A DNA stretch of 63,800 nt, filler included, from an uncultured Methanosarcinales archaeon (GCA_964550945.1; 3 parts of 3 records of this genome joined end to end with filler, not necessarily neighbours in it), one strand, 5' to 3'; positions 9,176 through 20,695 are shown, counted from the first letter of the whole stretch. Made by a program: numbers and translations. The notes: a model not told the origin generated them from the sequence alone.

Positions 9176-10507
9176 ATGGGTATTTTTAAAGCATATGACA
9201 TTAGGGGAGTATTCCCAGAAGAAATAAATGAAGAAGCTGCATATTCTATTGGAAGGGCTTTGGTTACGTTCCTAAAGTGCAAAAATGTGTTAGTTGCGCA
9301 AGATGTTCGCAAATCAAGCCCGGAGTTGGCTGAAGCGCTGATTAAAGGTGTAATAGACCAGGGAGCAGATGTCATTGATGTAGGCGTTTCTGGCACCGAT
9401 ATGTTCTATTATGCTGTATGGAAGTTAAAAGCTGAAGCAGGAGCAATGATTACAGCTTCGCATAATCCTAAGGGGTATAATGGGGTTAAGATCGTTAGAA
9501 AAAATGCAGTTCCAATTGGCAGCGGTTCAGGAATGGAAGAGATTGAGCAACTAGCTAAAAAAAATATTTTTAGAGATAATAAAAAAGGGAAAATAACTAA
9601 AAAAGAGGTATCAGCTGATTTTGTCGATTTTGTCCTTGGGTTTGTCCAAAAAGAAAAGATAAAGCCATTGAAAGTTGTATTGAATGCTTATAATGGCGCT
9701 GGCGGATTAATAGCGCCAAAGATATTTGAAAGATTAAAATGCAAATTGATTCCAATGCACTTTGATGCAAATGGAGAATTTCCTGGCGAAGCTCCAAATC
9801 CCCTATTAGACGAAAATAGAAAAGAGATTATTGCAAAAGTAAAAAAAGAAAAAGCTGATATTGGAATTGCGGTTGATGGCGATTGTGATAGGTGCTTTTT
9901 TATTGATAATAAAGGAAATTTTATTGAAGGCGATTTTATTCTTGGCTTGCTTTCCAAAAAGATGCTTGAAAAATACCCGAAAGCAACTATTCTTTATGAT
10001 GTGAGATGCTCATGGTACACTAAAGATTGCATTGAAAAGAATAATGGCAAAGCAATAAAACACAGGGTAGGACATGCTTTCTTCAAGAAAACAATGCATG
10101 AAACTAATGCTGTATTCGGAGGAGAGCTTTCAGGGCATTATTATTACAAATACAAAGAGTTGGCTACTGATAATGCTTGGATACCTGCTCTGCAGATTCT
10201 TGAGTTGATGTCTAGTGAGAACAAATCTCTTTATGATCTGATGGAGGAAGCAAGGCATTATTATACTACTGGTGAGATTAACTTTGATGTAAAGGATAAG
10301 GACGGGTTGTTGAAGAAAGCAGAAGAGAGGTACAAGGAAGGGAAAATTGATCATATTGATGGCGTTAGCATGGAATTTCCTGACTGGAAATTTAATTTAA
10401 GAGCAAGCAATACAGAGCCGTTTGTAAGATTGAATTTAGAGGGCAAGAGCAGAGAAATAATGGAAAAAAGGAAGAAAGAGATTGTTGAGATGATTAAAAA
10501 ATACTAA
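9176..10507 (+). CDS. Phosphomannomutase/phosphoglucomutase
   Basis: FKAYDIRG, ITASHNP, DGDCDR, GELSGH, RASNTEP. Confidence 0.95.
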   Translation: MGIFKAYDIRGVFPEEINEEAAYSIGRALVTFLKCKNVLVAQDVRKSSPELAEALIKGVIDQGADVIDVGVSGTDMFYYAVWKLKAEAGAMITASHNPKGYNGVKIVRKNAVPIGSGSGMEEIEQLAKKNIFRDNKKGKITKKEVSADFVDFVLGFVQKEKIKPLKVVLNAYNGAGGLIAPKIFERLKCKLIPMHFDANGEFPGEAPNPLLDENRKEIIAKVKKEKADIGIAVDGDCDRCFFIDNKGNFIEGDFILGLLSKKMLEKYPKATILYDVRCSWYTKDCIEKNNGKAIKHRVGHAFFKKTMHETNAVFGGELSGHYYYKYKELATDNAWIPALQILELMSSENKSLYDLMEEARHYYTTGEINFDVKDKDGLLKKAEERYKEGKIDHIDGVSMEFPDWKFNLRASNTEPFVRLNLEGKSREIMEKRKKEIVEMIKKY

Positions 10508-10550
10508 TGATTCCAATAACTTTATTAATAACTTAGTTTATTAAAATATC

Positions 10551-11378
10551 ATGTTTGAGCAGATATACACTCCTAAATGGCTGATATCCAAGCCAAGGTA
10601 TGGCTATTTGTTAGGATTAGTTTTTGCAATATTCGGGATATTCTCTGCAAAACTGATTTTTGGATCAAATCCAGGGATAATGAGCGTTGCTTTCACAAGC
10701 ATGTTGCTGATGCCTTTGCTGAACAGGCTGCTTAACGACGCTGAAAACAAAGAGATTCGCGAAAAAAAGCTTTCATTAAAAGGGCTTTTTTCAGATCATT
10801 GGGAATTGTTTAGGATTTACATCTACATATTTCTTGGCATATTGACTACTTATGCAATCCTGACTTTGGTTTGGAGCAATGCATTCTCATTAAACATATT
10901 CGCACCCCAGCTAAAGGTTGCTGGATTTGCTGGAAAGGCTTTCAGCGCGCAATCAAGCCAATTTGCCTCTATACTATGGAATAACCTGATAGTGCTTATT
11001 GTTTGTTTTCTTCTTTCATTTTTTTATGGCGCTGGCTCTATACTTTTTTTGGCATGGAATGCCTCTGTTTGGGGAACAGTGTTTGGGTTTGTGGCAAGGC
11101 AGTCAGCAGCTGCTTCTAATACAAATCCGTTTATTGGATTTATAACACTAATGATCCCAGTCATGCCTCATTTAATAACTGAAGCTGTAAGCTATTTTTC
11201 AGCTGCAATTGTTGGAGGGGTTGTTTCTGAGGCTGTGATTAAAGAGAAATGGATGTCAAGAAGATTCCAGCATGTTTTAACTGATGCTGTAATATTTTTT
11301 ATCTTGGCTTTGGCGCTTGTTGTTATTGCAGCTTATCTTGAGGTTTATGTTTTTCCCAGCTTAAGGGGCATGGTTTAA
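10551..11378 (+). CDS. SpoIIM/DUF95-like membrane protein
   Basis: Multi-TM with ILWNN, WNASVWG and PHLITE motifs. Confidence 0.75.
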   Translation: MFEQIYTPKWLISKPRYGYLLGLVFAIFGIFSAKLIFGSNPGIMSVAFTSMLLMPLLNRLLNDAENKEIREKKLSLKGLFSDHWELFRIYIYIFLGILTTYAILTLVWSNAFSLNIFAPQLKVAGFAGKAFSAQSSQFASILWNNLIVLIVCFLLSFFYGAGSILFLAWNASVWGTVFGFVARQSAAASNTNPFIGFITLMIPVMPHLITEAVSYFSAAIVGGVVSEAVIKEKWMSRRFQHVLTDAVIFFILALALVVIAAYLEVYVFPSLRGMV

Positions 11379-12073
11379 GGTTTGAATTTAGTTGTTGTAA
11401 TAGAGCTGCCTGATTTGATTTGCTGTAACATTATCTTTTCGCCTATTTTTCTTATTTTGCTCATTACTTCTTTAGGTATATCTACCTTAAAATCTTCTTT
11501 TAAGTCATACAGAAAATCAAACAAAAACACAGGAAAAACATCTCCGCCAATATTGGTCTGGGTTATACTTTCGTTTAATACTATATCCCAATCGATGTTG
11601 AATTTTTTTATTAATGAAACGGCATCATCCCTATCCTTTTGCCTTTCAGTAGCGCATTTTAGCAGTATTATGTCTTCTGGAGAGGCTAACTTTACTATTA
11701 AGCTACCAAATTCATGCACTTCCCTTATTCTTTCGATTATGGATTGTGAAATTTTGAAACAGATTACTTCATTTAAGAAAAGGTCAAATCTTGTATCCCT
11801 TCCTTCCATCATAACAGGCTTATTTGCGGCATAATCGTAATGCGCGAAAATATTGCTTATCCTCTTTTTTTCAGTAAAGCCTAAATCTTGAAGAGCATTT
11901 TTCGTAAGATTAAATGATTTTTTGTCAAGAAAAACTAAATCAATGTCTTTTGTCTCTGTTTTTGCGCCATAGAACATCATAGCAGTGCCCCCTATTGCCA
12001 TGCATTCAGCTTTTTCATCTAATTTAGTTCCTATTAATTTAAAAAGCTCATTTTGTCCGGTTATGCTTATCAT
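11375..12073 (-). CDS. Nucleotidyltransferase-fold protein (DUF6036/AbiEii-like)
   Basis: IGGTAM...TKDIDLV, PEDIILLK...RQKDRDD. Confidence 0.75.
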   Translation of the reverse strand: MISITGQNELFKLIGTKLDEKAECMAIGGTAMMFYGAKTETKDIDLVFLDKKSFNLTKNALQDLGFTEKKRISNIFAHYDYAANKPVMMEGRDTRFDLFLNEVICFKISQSIIERIREVHEFGSLIVKLASPEDIILLKCATERQKDRDDAVSLIKKFNIDWDIVLNESITQTNIGGDVFPVFLFDFLYDLKEDFKVDIPKEVMSKIRKIGEKIMLQQIKSGSSITTTKFKP

Positions 12074-12690
12074 TCTTTATACCTCATCAAATCTGCTTTG
12101 TTAAAAGGAATAAAAATATTCCATTCTTTCTCAATTTCCTGAAAGTTTTTTGATTTGATGTTTTCTATTATATGCCTTTTATTAATCTTTTTCTTTAAGG
12201 CTTTCTTGATCCTGTCATCAATCCTTCTCACTTTAACAATTGTTTTTGCAGTGTCATATAAAGCTCCCACTTCATTAGTCAGATTCGCTTCTTTTGCAAA
12301 TTTATACAGCAAAGTCCAGTCTTTTATTTTGTTAAACAATCCAAGGCTAGCCAGTATTGTTCTAAACTCCCTTGTTTTTATCGCCCTCACAATTGCCTCC
12401 TCAACTGTAAGCTTGTGGTCATGTATCCTATGCAATTCGCTTGCTAATAATTTTACTTTAGAATTCTCATTAATCACTTCATAAATGCCTTTGAATCCTA
12501 TATCTGGCTTTTTTATTGTTTTTATCCTGTACATCCTTATCCTACTGCCATGAATGTTTTCAACCAAACCATATTTTCTTAATCTCCAGACTATGTTAAT
12601 AGATGTTCTCCTTGAAACATCCAGTATTTTGGCTATTGTATCTATTGTCTGCAACCCTTCCAGTTTCTTTGCTGCTTCTTCTATGTCCAT
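12070..12690 (-). CDS. HTH protein, putative antitoxin partner of the NTase
   Basis: N-terminal wHTH; ATGA-coupled to 11375-12073; palindrome ACATCACT-N16-AGTGATGT at 12693-12724 directly upstream. Confidence 0.6.
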   Translation of the reverse strand: MDIEEAAKKLEGLQTIDTIAKILDVSRRTSINIVWRLRKYGLVENIHGSRIRMYRIKTIKKPDIGFKGIYEVINENSKVKLLASELHRIHDHKLTVEEAIVRAIKTREFRTILASLGLFNKIKDWTLLYKFAKEANLTNEVGALYDTAKTIVKVRRIDDRIKKALKKKINKRHIIENIKSKNFQEIEKEWNIFIPFNKADLMRYKE

Positions 12691-12875
12691 TTACATCACT
12701 TTTTTATTGTTGATTTAGTGATGTGAAAGAACTATTATATAAATTTTACTGTTTTTTTGGAGTTTTTTGGCTGTTTAACAAATGCAACAGTTGTTCTACA
12801 AAATATACATTATAGCACAATTGTATTTTTATATGCCCTTTTTCATAGGAATGAATTAATCCAAAGAGGTGTGGA

Positions 12876-15800
12876 ATGATTGAGAAACTATCAAAATACA
12901 TTCTTTTAACGTGGGTTTTGATTAACCTGTTAATGCTGCCTGTTGCTGTATTCGCAGAAGAGCCCGCTATTCTAAGCCAGAACATTGATTCTAATAAAAT
13001 AGCTTTAGCACAATTTGGCAAAGTAGTTCCTATAAGCTATTCAACTAATGCAAATGATATTATTTACAGCTCTACAGCAGCAGAGAATAACCCTATTTTC
13101 AGACATCTTAGCAATAATATAATATTAGCGCTTGTTTTAATTTTATACGCTATTATTGGCATTGTTTTTTATGGAGTCTATTCTCATGGCCTTAAGATTG
13201 GATTAAGCAGAAGGGCTGCATTAGATATGTCTGTGATATCACTGATTTCTATTGTTGCGATTGTTGCTGTTGTTGGGATTGTTTTTATGTTTATAGGGAA
13301 AGGAAATGGATTATCTAACTCATATTATGATTCAACCAATTTTAATAATGAAGAACAAATTTCAAGTTTTGATGAATCTGAAGAAGCATCTCAAGACTTA
13401 GCAGGACAAGTGATATAGGGGTATAATCCTTCAGGTGGTAATCAGTATGACTACCAAGATAGGGATTTTAATTATACCTACACCAATTATTTAAAAAATT
13501 ACCAAGGCCATCCAACAGGATCATTTAGTTATACCCCTGGAATAAGAGATTGTTCTTATACCAATAGGGGCACTGTAACGTCTAATGTATCATTGTTAGG
13601 TCCAATAGCCTCTGAATTTAATGCAAATGCGAAAGGAGATGTTTGGTTTACATATGGCTCATATGGTTATGTTAATTCCACTGATAGTTGTTTGAATAAT
13701 AACACATTAAGAGAGTATTTCTGCTATGGCCCTCATAAAGGATGGGTAGATAGGATCTGCTTAGGAGGCTGTTCAAGTGGTGCTTGCATTAAATCAATAG
13801 ACAATAAATTGGGAGTAGAAGAATTCTATTGGAATGTCATCAACGACGGATGGGGGTTTACCCCTCCTATTATACCTACCCTAATACCTTCCAGTTCAAA
13901 CAGACAAGGGCTTTATACAGATTATAAATTAAATCTTACTAATTTTAGTGGATTGAGCGTATCACCCCTTCTTCTTAATGTGACAAATCCAGGAAATTTT
14001 AATTTTTCAGTAGATTATCAAGGGTGTATAGCTGCTTCTTATTTTAGGCTACTCAACCAATCTAACAGCATTAAGGCAGGTATTTATCCCCCAGCAACAA
14101 GATCTGTAGTGGTAAACTTACCAGTTGGAAGATATAAAATAGAAGGGTATACTCTAGGCCAGCAGTCATGCATAATCGATAATCTGAAAGTTGTTAGAAC
14201 TTGTGGCAATAGGGTAGTTGATGCTGGTGAGCAGTGTGACGATGGTAATAATATAAATGGAGATGGCTGCAATGAAAATTGTTTAATAGAGGTTATCTGT
14301 AATGATTCTGATGGTGGGTTAAATTATTATGTTAAAGGGTTTGCTCAGGATTCATATGATAAGATACCATATAGCGATTATTGTACATTAAATGGTTTGC
14401 AAGTTGATAATTGCATTGATAAGACAAAAAATTGTGGATTAATAGAAAGATATTGTAGCACAAATAATAGAAGAAGTGGACGATATTTATATGGTTCTAA
14501 TTTTTGGTCAACGTGTCCAAATGGATGTCAAGATGGTGCTTGCAAAACAATTCCAGAATCTGAATATACTTGTCCTGGGGCGATATATGAGGGGCTTTGT
14601 TTTGCTAACAACAACCCACCAATTTTCAATAGAACTACATATGAAAACCAAAATGTAAAAATTTGGGCTAATGATTATCCCTTAAGAGTTGATAAAGGCC
14701 AAAATATTAATTTTACACTATACTTACAGAATAAACAGAATGCGCCATTCACTTTTGAATTTGGTTATGCAATTCCAGCAGATTATACAACAATTGTATC
14801 CTCAGATATGTTTGATAGCTACCTATCAAAAAATGAGAGTCTTGTCCTTAATCCTTTAGAAACAGTCCATTTTAACTCTCAATTTAGTGCCAAGAGAGAA
14901 AATTTCTTAGGTTTTAATTATCATTTGGTAAGCATTATAGATAAGATAACCTATGAACCAGCAACATTCCCTTTAATAATTGAGCCAAATAGTAATTATA
15001 CTTCTTGTGGCGGATTTAAATTTCCCAACCAATTTGATGACCTATTTCCTAATGATTATCTCTCTTGGGATTATACTAGCGCAAGATGCTGTAAGAATGT
15101 TTTCTATCCCTCATTTGAATGCTGTTCTGATAGTGATTGTGGTAGTGGAAGATGTGTAGACGGTTTATGTATAAATCGTATGTTTCAGGGAGTCTCTAGC
15201 GTAAAAGACCCTGCAATAGGAAATAAGAAAGTATTAATGATTATCAGTTCTAATGAAGCAAACACAGATCCCAACCCCTGCAGTAATAAAATACAAAATT
15301 ATCAAAATCTTACTAATGGTGTTGAGAACTATTATGATGCTCTAGCTAAAGAATATATTAATGAAAGCTCAAATTTTATAAATTTTAATTGGACTATAAT
15401 CGGCAATTTTAAGATACCTGATCTTGGGTTGGATGGAGAAGTAACCGGAATAGACATAGTTAATAAATCATCACAATACTGTAATATTAATCCTTATTTT
15501 TACGATGAGGTTGTAGTGTACAACCCTAACCAAAATAGTTGGTGTGATGGTGCACACGAAGCCTGCGCAGGCAATCCAATTTTAATACATTCTTATGAAA
15601 TGATTTCTGCAGGCACTCTAACCCATGAACTGGCGCATAATTTTGGATGTAGAGACCTTTATACTACGTTGGGTGGATTGTTTCAATGGTCGACTGATCT
15701 TATGACTTCAAGGGAAGGTCAAAATGGTTCGTTCAGTGGATTACAGGTTTGTAGGGGTGAAATGGGCTGGTTTGATTTAAATGGAAATGGAATAATTGAA

Positions 15801-16136
15801 GTTAAAGAATTCAAACACCCAACACAAATTAAGATTAATTATACTGGGATTCATGACGAAGAACGACCTAAGGGAAGATATATTATCTTTGAAAATTTGA
15901 GCGTTTTAGGATTGGATAATGATTCTAAGATATCCTTAGGTGTTAGACTGAGTATAATAATCCAGAGAGAGGGTAATGAGGAATACATCTGTGATGGTTC
16001 AGAAACTTGTGTACCCGTTCTTGCAACAGATATTATAATTCTTCGTGCTAAATATTCATATATAGATACTTCTATTGGAAGAATGATTGAACTTTCTGAT
16101 GAGATTAGACTTCTGGTATCGGATTTATCTATTTGA
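12876..16136 (+). pseudogene. Large membrane-anchored Cys-rich zinc metalloprotease interrupted by one in-frame TAG (13416-13418)
   Basis: ORFs 12876-13418 and 13593-16136 share a frame and the 58 codons between them are open; TM segments, CGNRVVDAGEQCDDGN and CNDSDGG repeats, HELAHNFGCRD zincin motif. Confidence 0.65.
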
Positions 16137-16291
16137 AATTATTTTTCTAATTATGAAATAAGGATGCCCCTTATAATCATCTGCTGCCCGTCATCTATTA
16201 TTGTTACGTTCTAGTGTAACATACCCCAATAGATGTTACGTTTTACTGTAACCTTTCTTGATTTTGTAGTGAGCATGATTAGGTTACTATT

Positions 16292-16350
16292 TGTCCCAAA
16301 CAAGACATCTTTGTCTAATCTATTTTCATTTAAGTCAATAAGTTTATAAA
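16292..16350 (+). promoter_or_regulatory. argF promoter with conserved upstream palindrome
   Basis: TGTCCCAAACAAGACA at 16292, TTTATAAA at 16343, ATG at 16375. Confidence 0.7.
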
Positions 16351-16374
16351 TGTAAACATATAGCTTTTGCTGCT

Positions 16375-17250
16375 ATGAAGCACTTAAGAAGCTTGTTGGA
16401 TCTGACAAAACAGGAATTGATTGATATTATAGATAAATCTATAGAAATCAAAAAGAATCCTAAGAAGTATTATGCTTCAATGGCTCATAAGACACTAGTC
16501 ATGTTGTTTGAGAAATCATCAACAAGAACAAGAGTTTCTTTTGAAGCTGGAATGAGCCAGCTTGGCGGACATGCAATTTATCTGGATTGGCAAACAACTC
16601 AACTTAAAAAAGCTAGCTTAAAGGATGAAATACAATGCATTGCTCGCTATGCTGATATTATTACAGCTCGCGTGTTTTCTCAAAAAACAATTGATGAGAT
16701 GGCTAAATATTCAACAAAGCCCGTTATAAACGCTTTATCGGATAAATATCATCCATGCCAGGTTATTGCAGATCTGATGACAATCAAGGAACATAAAGGA
16801 AAATTAAGTGGCTTAAAGTTAGCATATATTGGCGACGGAAATAATGTCTGCAATTCTCTTATTGTAGGCTGCACAATGGCTGGTATGAAGATAGCGGTTG
16901 CAACACCTAAAGGGTATGAGCCATTAAAGGAAGCTATTAAGTTTGCTGGTTCTAATTTGGAATTAATAAATGATCCTAAAAAAGCTGCTGCTGGTGCTGA
17001 TGTGGTTTATACAGACACCTGGGTTTCTATGGGGCAAGAGCAAGAAAAACAAAAGCGCTTGAAGGACTTTAAAGGCTATCAGGTAGATAAGAAACTATTA
17101 GGCAACGCCTTATTCATGCATTGCTTGCCTGCTATGAGGGGTGTAGAAGTGACAGATGAAGTTATGGATTCAAAGCAGAGTATTATATATGACCAGGCTG
17201 AAAACAGGATGCATGCTCAAAAAGCTGTTATGATTGAGTTGTGCAAATAA
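16375..17250 (+). CDS. argF: Ornithine carbamoyltransferase
   Basis: SSTRTR, HPCQ, GDGNNV, DTWVSMG, FMHCLP, QAENR. Confidence 0.96.
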   Translation: MKHLRSLLDLTKQELIDIIDKSIEIKKNPKKYYASMAHKTLVMLFEKSSTRTRVSFEAGMSQLGGHAIYLDWQTTQLKKASLKDEIQCIARYADIITARVFSQKTIDEMAKYSTKPVINALSDKYHPCQVIADLMTIKEHKGKLSGLKLAYIGDGNNVCNSLIVGCTMAGMKIAVATPKGYEPLKEAIKFAGSNLELINDPKKAAAGADVVYTDTWVSMGQEQEKQKRLKDFKGYQVDKKLLGNALFMHCLPAMRGVEVTDEVMDSKQSIIYDQAENRMHAQKAVMIELCK

Positions 17251-17255
17251 ATTTC

Positions 17256-17504
17256 TTATTCAAATTGCTTGATAAACTGGTAAACAGGCCTAACAGCAAG
17301 CGCAATAAATGCAAGCACCCAATAGCCAATATTATCCCGGACAGAATCTGATATGTAAGCTCCGATTATTATTCCAAAAGCAATTGCCCCCCATTTCAGC
17401 AATGCAATATCCCACACAGTAAATCTCTTAATCCTTCTTTTATAAGATCTATAACTTTTTTGAATTGATCTGATAGCTTTCTTGATTGTTCCCATGAATA
17501 CCAC
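17256..17504 (-). CDS. Small membrane protein
   Basis: Basic N-terminus and two TM helices. Confidence 0.55.
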   Translation of the reverse strand: MVFMGTIKKAIRSIQKSYRSYKRRIKRFTVWDIALLKWGAIAFGIIIGAYISDSVRDNIGYWVLAFIALAVRPVYQFIKQFE

Positions 17505-17555
17505 CTCTTTAATTTGATTTTAGGTTTTATTATTAATAAATCTTTCTTAAGTGTA

Positions 17556-17614
17556 AGTCCAAAATTGGACATCATTGTTTTTATTTGTTTTCTATGAAGC
17601 AATAAATTTATAAA
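17556..17614 (+). promoter_or_regulatory. argJ promoter with conserved upstream palindrome
   Basis: AGTCCAAAATTGGACA at 17556, TTTATAAA at 17607, ATG at 17639. Confidence 0.7.
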
Positions 17615-17638
17615 TAGTTTATGTGAGAGTAGTCTGCT

Positions 17639-18784
17639 ATGAAAAAATTGGCGAATGGGTTTGATAATGTAAAAGGAGTATATTGCTTAGGCAAGTATGC
17701 AGGCATTAAAAAAGGAAAAAAGGATTTTGCTGTTTTGTTCAGTGAGAAGATTTGCAATGCAGCTGCAGTATACACAAAAAACAAAGTAAAGGGAGCTGCA
17801 ATCTATGTGGATAAAAAGCATTTGGCAAATAATGAAGCCCAGGCAATTGCTGTAAATTCAGGGATAGCCAATGTGTGCACTGGTGAAAAAGGGATTGAAG
17901 ATGCTGAAGAGATCTGCAGCCTGGTTGCTGCTGAACTCAAAATAAAAAAAGAGGATGTTTTGGTCTCATCAACAGGCGTTATCGGGCATTACCTGCCGAT
18001 GAAAAAGATAAGGAAAGCTGTCAAAAAATTAAAGCTTGGAAAAAAATCCAGTGAATTTGCAGAAGCGATATCGACAACTGACAGCTACATAAAGCAGATA
18101 GCTGTCAAAGCTGGAAAGTGCAATATAGCGGGAGTTGCAAAAGGAGCTGGCATGATCCATCCGAATATGGCTACGATGCTTGCTTATATTGTGACAGATG
18201 CCTATATTCCCAAAGATAAAGCTTATGGAATGCTGAAGACTGCGGTGGATAAATCTTTTAATATGATTAGTGTTGATAGAGACACAAGTACCAGTGATAC
18301 TGTTGTTTTGATGGCAAATGGGCTAAACGGCAAAATAAGCCTGAAGAAGCTGCAGAAAGCGATAAACTTTGTTTGCCTTGAGCTTGCCAAGATGATAGCT
18401 GCTGATGGCGAAGGGGCTACAAAACTTATTGAGGCTAATGTTTATAATGCAAAAACAGAGAATGATGCAAAAAAGGCAGCTAAATCAATAATCAGCTCCA
18501 ATCTAGTTAAATGCGCAATGTTTGGCAATGACCCTAATTGGGGAAGGATAATGTGCGCTTTAGGCTACAGCGGCATAGATATGGATGAAAAAAAGATAAT
18601 AATAAGGCTGAATAAGGTTATGGTCTTCAATAAAGGCAAAGCAGTAAAATTCAAGAAGATAGATTTAGCCAAGAAAAAGGCAACAATAGATGTAAACCTG
18701 AATAATGGAAACAAGAAGGCAACTGCATTTGGATGCGATATGACTTATGATTATGTTGAGATAAATGCAGAGTACCATACATAG
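17639..18784 (+). CDS. argJ: Ornithine acetyltransferase / N-acetylglutamate synthase
   Basis: NSGIANVCTG, STGVIG, KGAGMIHPNMATML, DTSTSD, DGEGATK, DPNWGR, C-terminal INAEYHT. Confidence 0.96.
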   Translation: MKKLANGFDNVKGVYCLGKYAGIKKGKKDFAVLFSEKICNAAAVYTKNKVKGAAIYVDKKHLANNEAQAIAVNSGIANVCTGEKGIEDAEEICSLVAAELKIKKEDVLVSSTGVIGHYLPMKKIRKAVKKLKLGKKSSEFAEAISTTDSYIKQIAVKAGKCNIAGVAKGAGMIHPNMATMLAYIVTDAYIPKDKAYGMLKTAVDKSFNMISVDRDTSTSDTVVLMANGLNGKISLKKLQKAINFVCLELAKMIAADGEGATKLIEANVYNAKTENDAKKAAKSIISSNLVKCAMFGNDPNWGRIMCALGYSGIDMDEKKIIIRLNKVMVFNKGKAVKFKKIDLAKKKATIDVNLNNGNKKATAFGCDMTYDYVEINAEYHT

Positions 18785-18863
18785 ATGCGCTAAAATGATT
18801 TTCAATTAATAATTAAAAATGTTTAAATTAATAAAAAATTAAAAAATAAACTGAACGATAAAA

Positions 18864-19700
18864 ATGGAAAAACTAAAACAAAAAGCTGAAACATTAATCG
18901 AGGCATTGCCTTACATAAAGAAATACCACGGCAAGATTGTTGTGGTTAAATACGGCGGCAATGCTATGGTGAACAAAAAAATAAAGAATAATGTGATGGA
19001 AGACATTGTGCTTTTGAAGCATATTGGCATTAGCCCTGTCATTGTGCATGGAGGCGGCCCGGATATAAGCAAGGAGATGCTTAAGGCAAGGATAAAGCCA
19101 GTATTTGTAAGAGGCCAGAGAGTGACTGATAATGCAACATTGAATATTGTTGAGAGGGTTTTTGAAAGGATAAACAAGGAGATAGTGCTGCTATTAAAAA
19201 AGCATGGAGGAAAAGCGATAACAATATCAGGAAAAGACAATAAGCTTATTGAGGTTAAGCAGAAAGATCCCAGCTTAGGGTATGTTGGAGAGATAAAAAA
19301 CATCAATCCGCACATAATCAAGAGCCTGATAAAAGAAGGGTATATTCCCGTGATATCGACAATAGGAGTCGGCAAAAACAACCACAGCTATAATGTCAAT
19401 GCTGACTCTGCTGCTACTGCAATTGCAGTTGCCTTAAAGGCTGAAAAATTGACTATATTGACTGATGTGGAAGGAGTTTTTATCCATAACTCCAAGGTAT
19501 CTCACTTGCCGATAAAGGAAGCAAAAAAATACATCAAGAAAGGGATAATAAACAAAGGGATGATACCTAAAGTTGAGGCTTGCATGTATGCAGTAAAAAA
19601 AGGATGCCCAAAAGCGCACTTGATCAATGGAACAACAAAGCATGCCTTGCTGCTTGAGTTTTTCACTGACAAAGGAATTGGAACTGAGATTGTGAGATAA
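18864..19700 (+). CDS. argB: Acetylglutamate kinase
   Basis: VVKYGGNAM, VHGGGP, NVNAD, LTDVEGV, GMIPKV, GIGTEI. Confidence 0.96.
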   Translation: MEKLKQKAETLIEALPYIKKYHGKIVVVKYGGNAMVNKKIKNNVMEDIVLLKHIGISPVIVHGGGPDISKEMLKARIKPVFVRGQRVTDNATLNIVERVFERINKEIVLLLKKHGGKAITISGKDNKLIEVKQKDPSLGYVGEIKNINPHIIKSLIKEGYIPVISTIGVGKNNHSYNVNADSAATAIAVALKAEKLTILTDVEGVFIHNSKVSHLPIKEAKKYIKKGIINKGMIPKVEACMYAVKKGCPKAHLINGTTKHALLLEFFTDKGIGTEIVR

Positions 19701-19841
19701 TGTGTTTTTAATTAACATCAAAGGTTGAATAATGCTTCTTTGTTAAATTAAAACAAATGTTTTTTATTAACAGATAACCATGAATAAGCTAGATATGTTA
19801 AATAAAAACATTTAAATACTAGCTCTTATTATGAATGGTAT

Positions 19842-20195
19842 ATGGAAGAATTAAAAAAGACCTTTATTGAAGAATATGAAGGGGCTTTTGAACAGTTGGA
19901 AAAAGGAAGATACAAGAATGCAACAATATTATTCTCAAAAGCCCTTTTTGCTCTTTGCGATTATATTGTCTACTCAAAAATTCAAAAGTTGCCAAAAAAC
20001 CACGCAGAAAGATTCAGGATATTAGAAGAGTATTCTCCACAGATATATTCTGTAGTTGATATAATTTTTACCCATTATACTGATGCATATTCAAAACCAG
20101 CACTAAAAGAAACTTGCGAGAAGATTAAGAATGGAATTAAGAAAATTGCCACAACTGAAAAATTACCAGAAGAAATTAAAAACATTATTAGATAA
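19842..20195 (+). CDS. HEPN-domain protein
   Basis: Helical 117 aa with KALFALCDY...PKNHAERFRIL; paired with an MNT gene. Confidence 0.65.
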   Translation: MEELKKTFIEEYEGAFEQLEKGRYKNATILFSKALFALCDYIVYSKIQKLPKNHAERFRILEEYSPQIYSVVDIIFTHYTDAYSKPALKETCEKIKNGIKKIATTEKLPEEIKNIIR

Positions 20196-20688
20196 GAGCC
20201 TTATAGACATTATTTTATTTGGCTCATTTGTTAAGGGAGGGGTAACTCCCAAGGATATTGATGCAGCCTTTGTTGTTAAAGATAACCCCAATTTGGATGA
20301 AAAAAAGAAAAAACTGAGAGAGATATTAAAGGATGCGGATATTCAGGTTATTGATATAGAATCAATATACTCGCCAATTTGGCTGACCCTTATAAAGGAA
20401 GGATTTAGTGTTAAAAAAAATGAGTATATCCACAAATTGTATAATCTCCAACCAGTTTCACTCTTTAAATATTCACTTAAAAAACTAAACCCTGTCCAAA
20501 AGGTACAATTTGAGAGAGGATTAAAGAAAGTGATAGGAGACACAGGCATTGTTCTCACAAGATCAGTTATCCTTGTGCCCATTAGAATAAGAAATGAGAT
20601 GTTAGATTTTTTTAAGATGTGGAATATTTACTATGAAAGCAGAGAATATGAATTATTGCCTATCTTAAGAAAGGAAAACTTTCTATGA
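20131..20688 (+). CDS. Minimal nucleotidyltransferase (MNT) with C-terminal extension
   Basis: LFGSFVKG...KDIDAA. Confidence 0.8.
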   Translation: MELRKLPQLKNYQKKLKTLLDKSLIDIILFGSFVKGGVTPKDIDAAFVVKDNPNLDEKKKKLREILKDADIQVIDIESIYSPIWLTLIKEGFSVKKNEYIHKLYNLQPVSLFKYSLKKLNPVQKVQFERGLKKVIGDTGIVLTRSVILVPIRIRNEMLDFFKMWNIYYESREYELLPILRKENFL

Positions 20689-20695
20689 TTGGTAA

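Noticed and set aside
13416..13418. Genome-wide TAG reassignment
   Set aside because: TAG ends argJ right after its canonical C-terminus and also ends the aminotransferase, so it is a normal stop here
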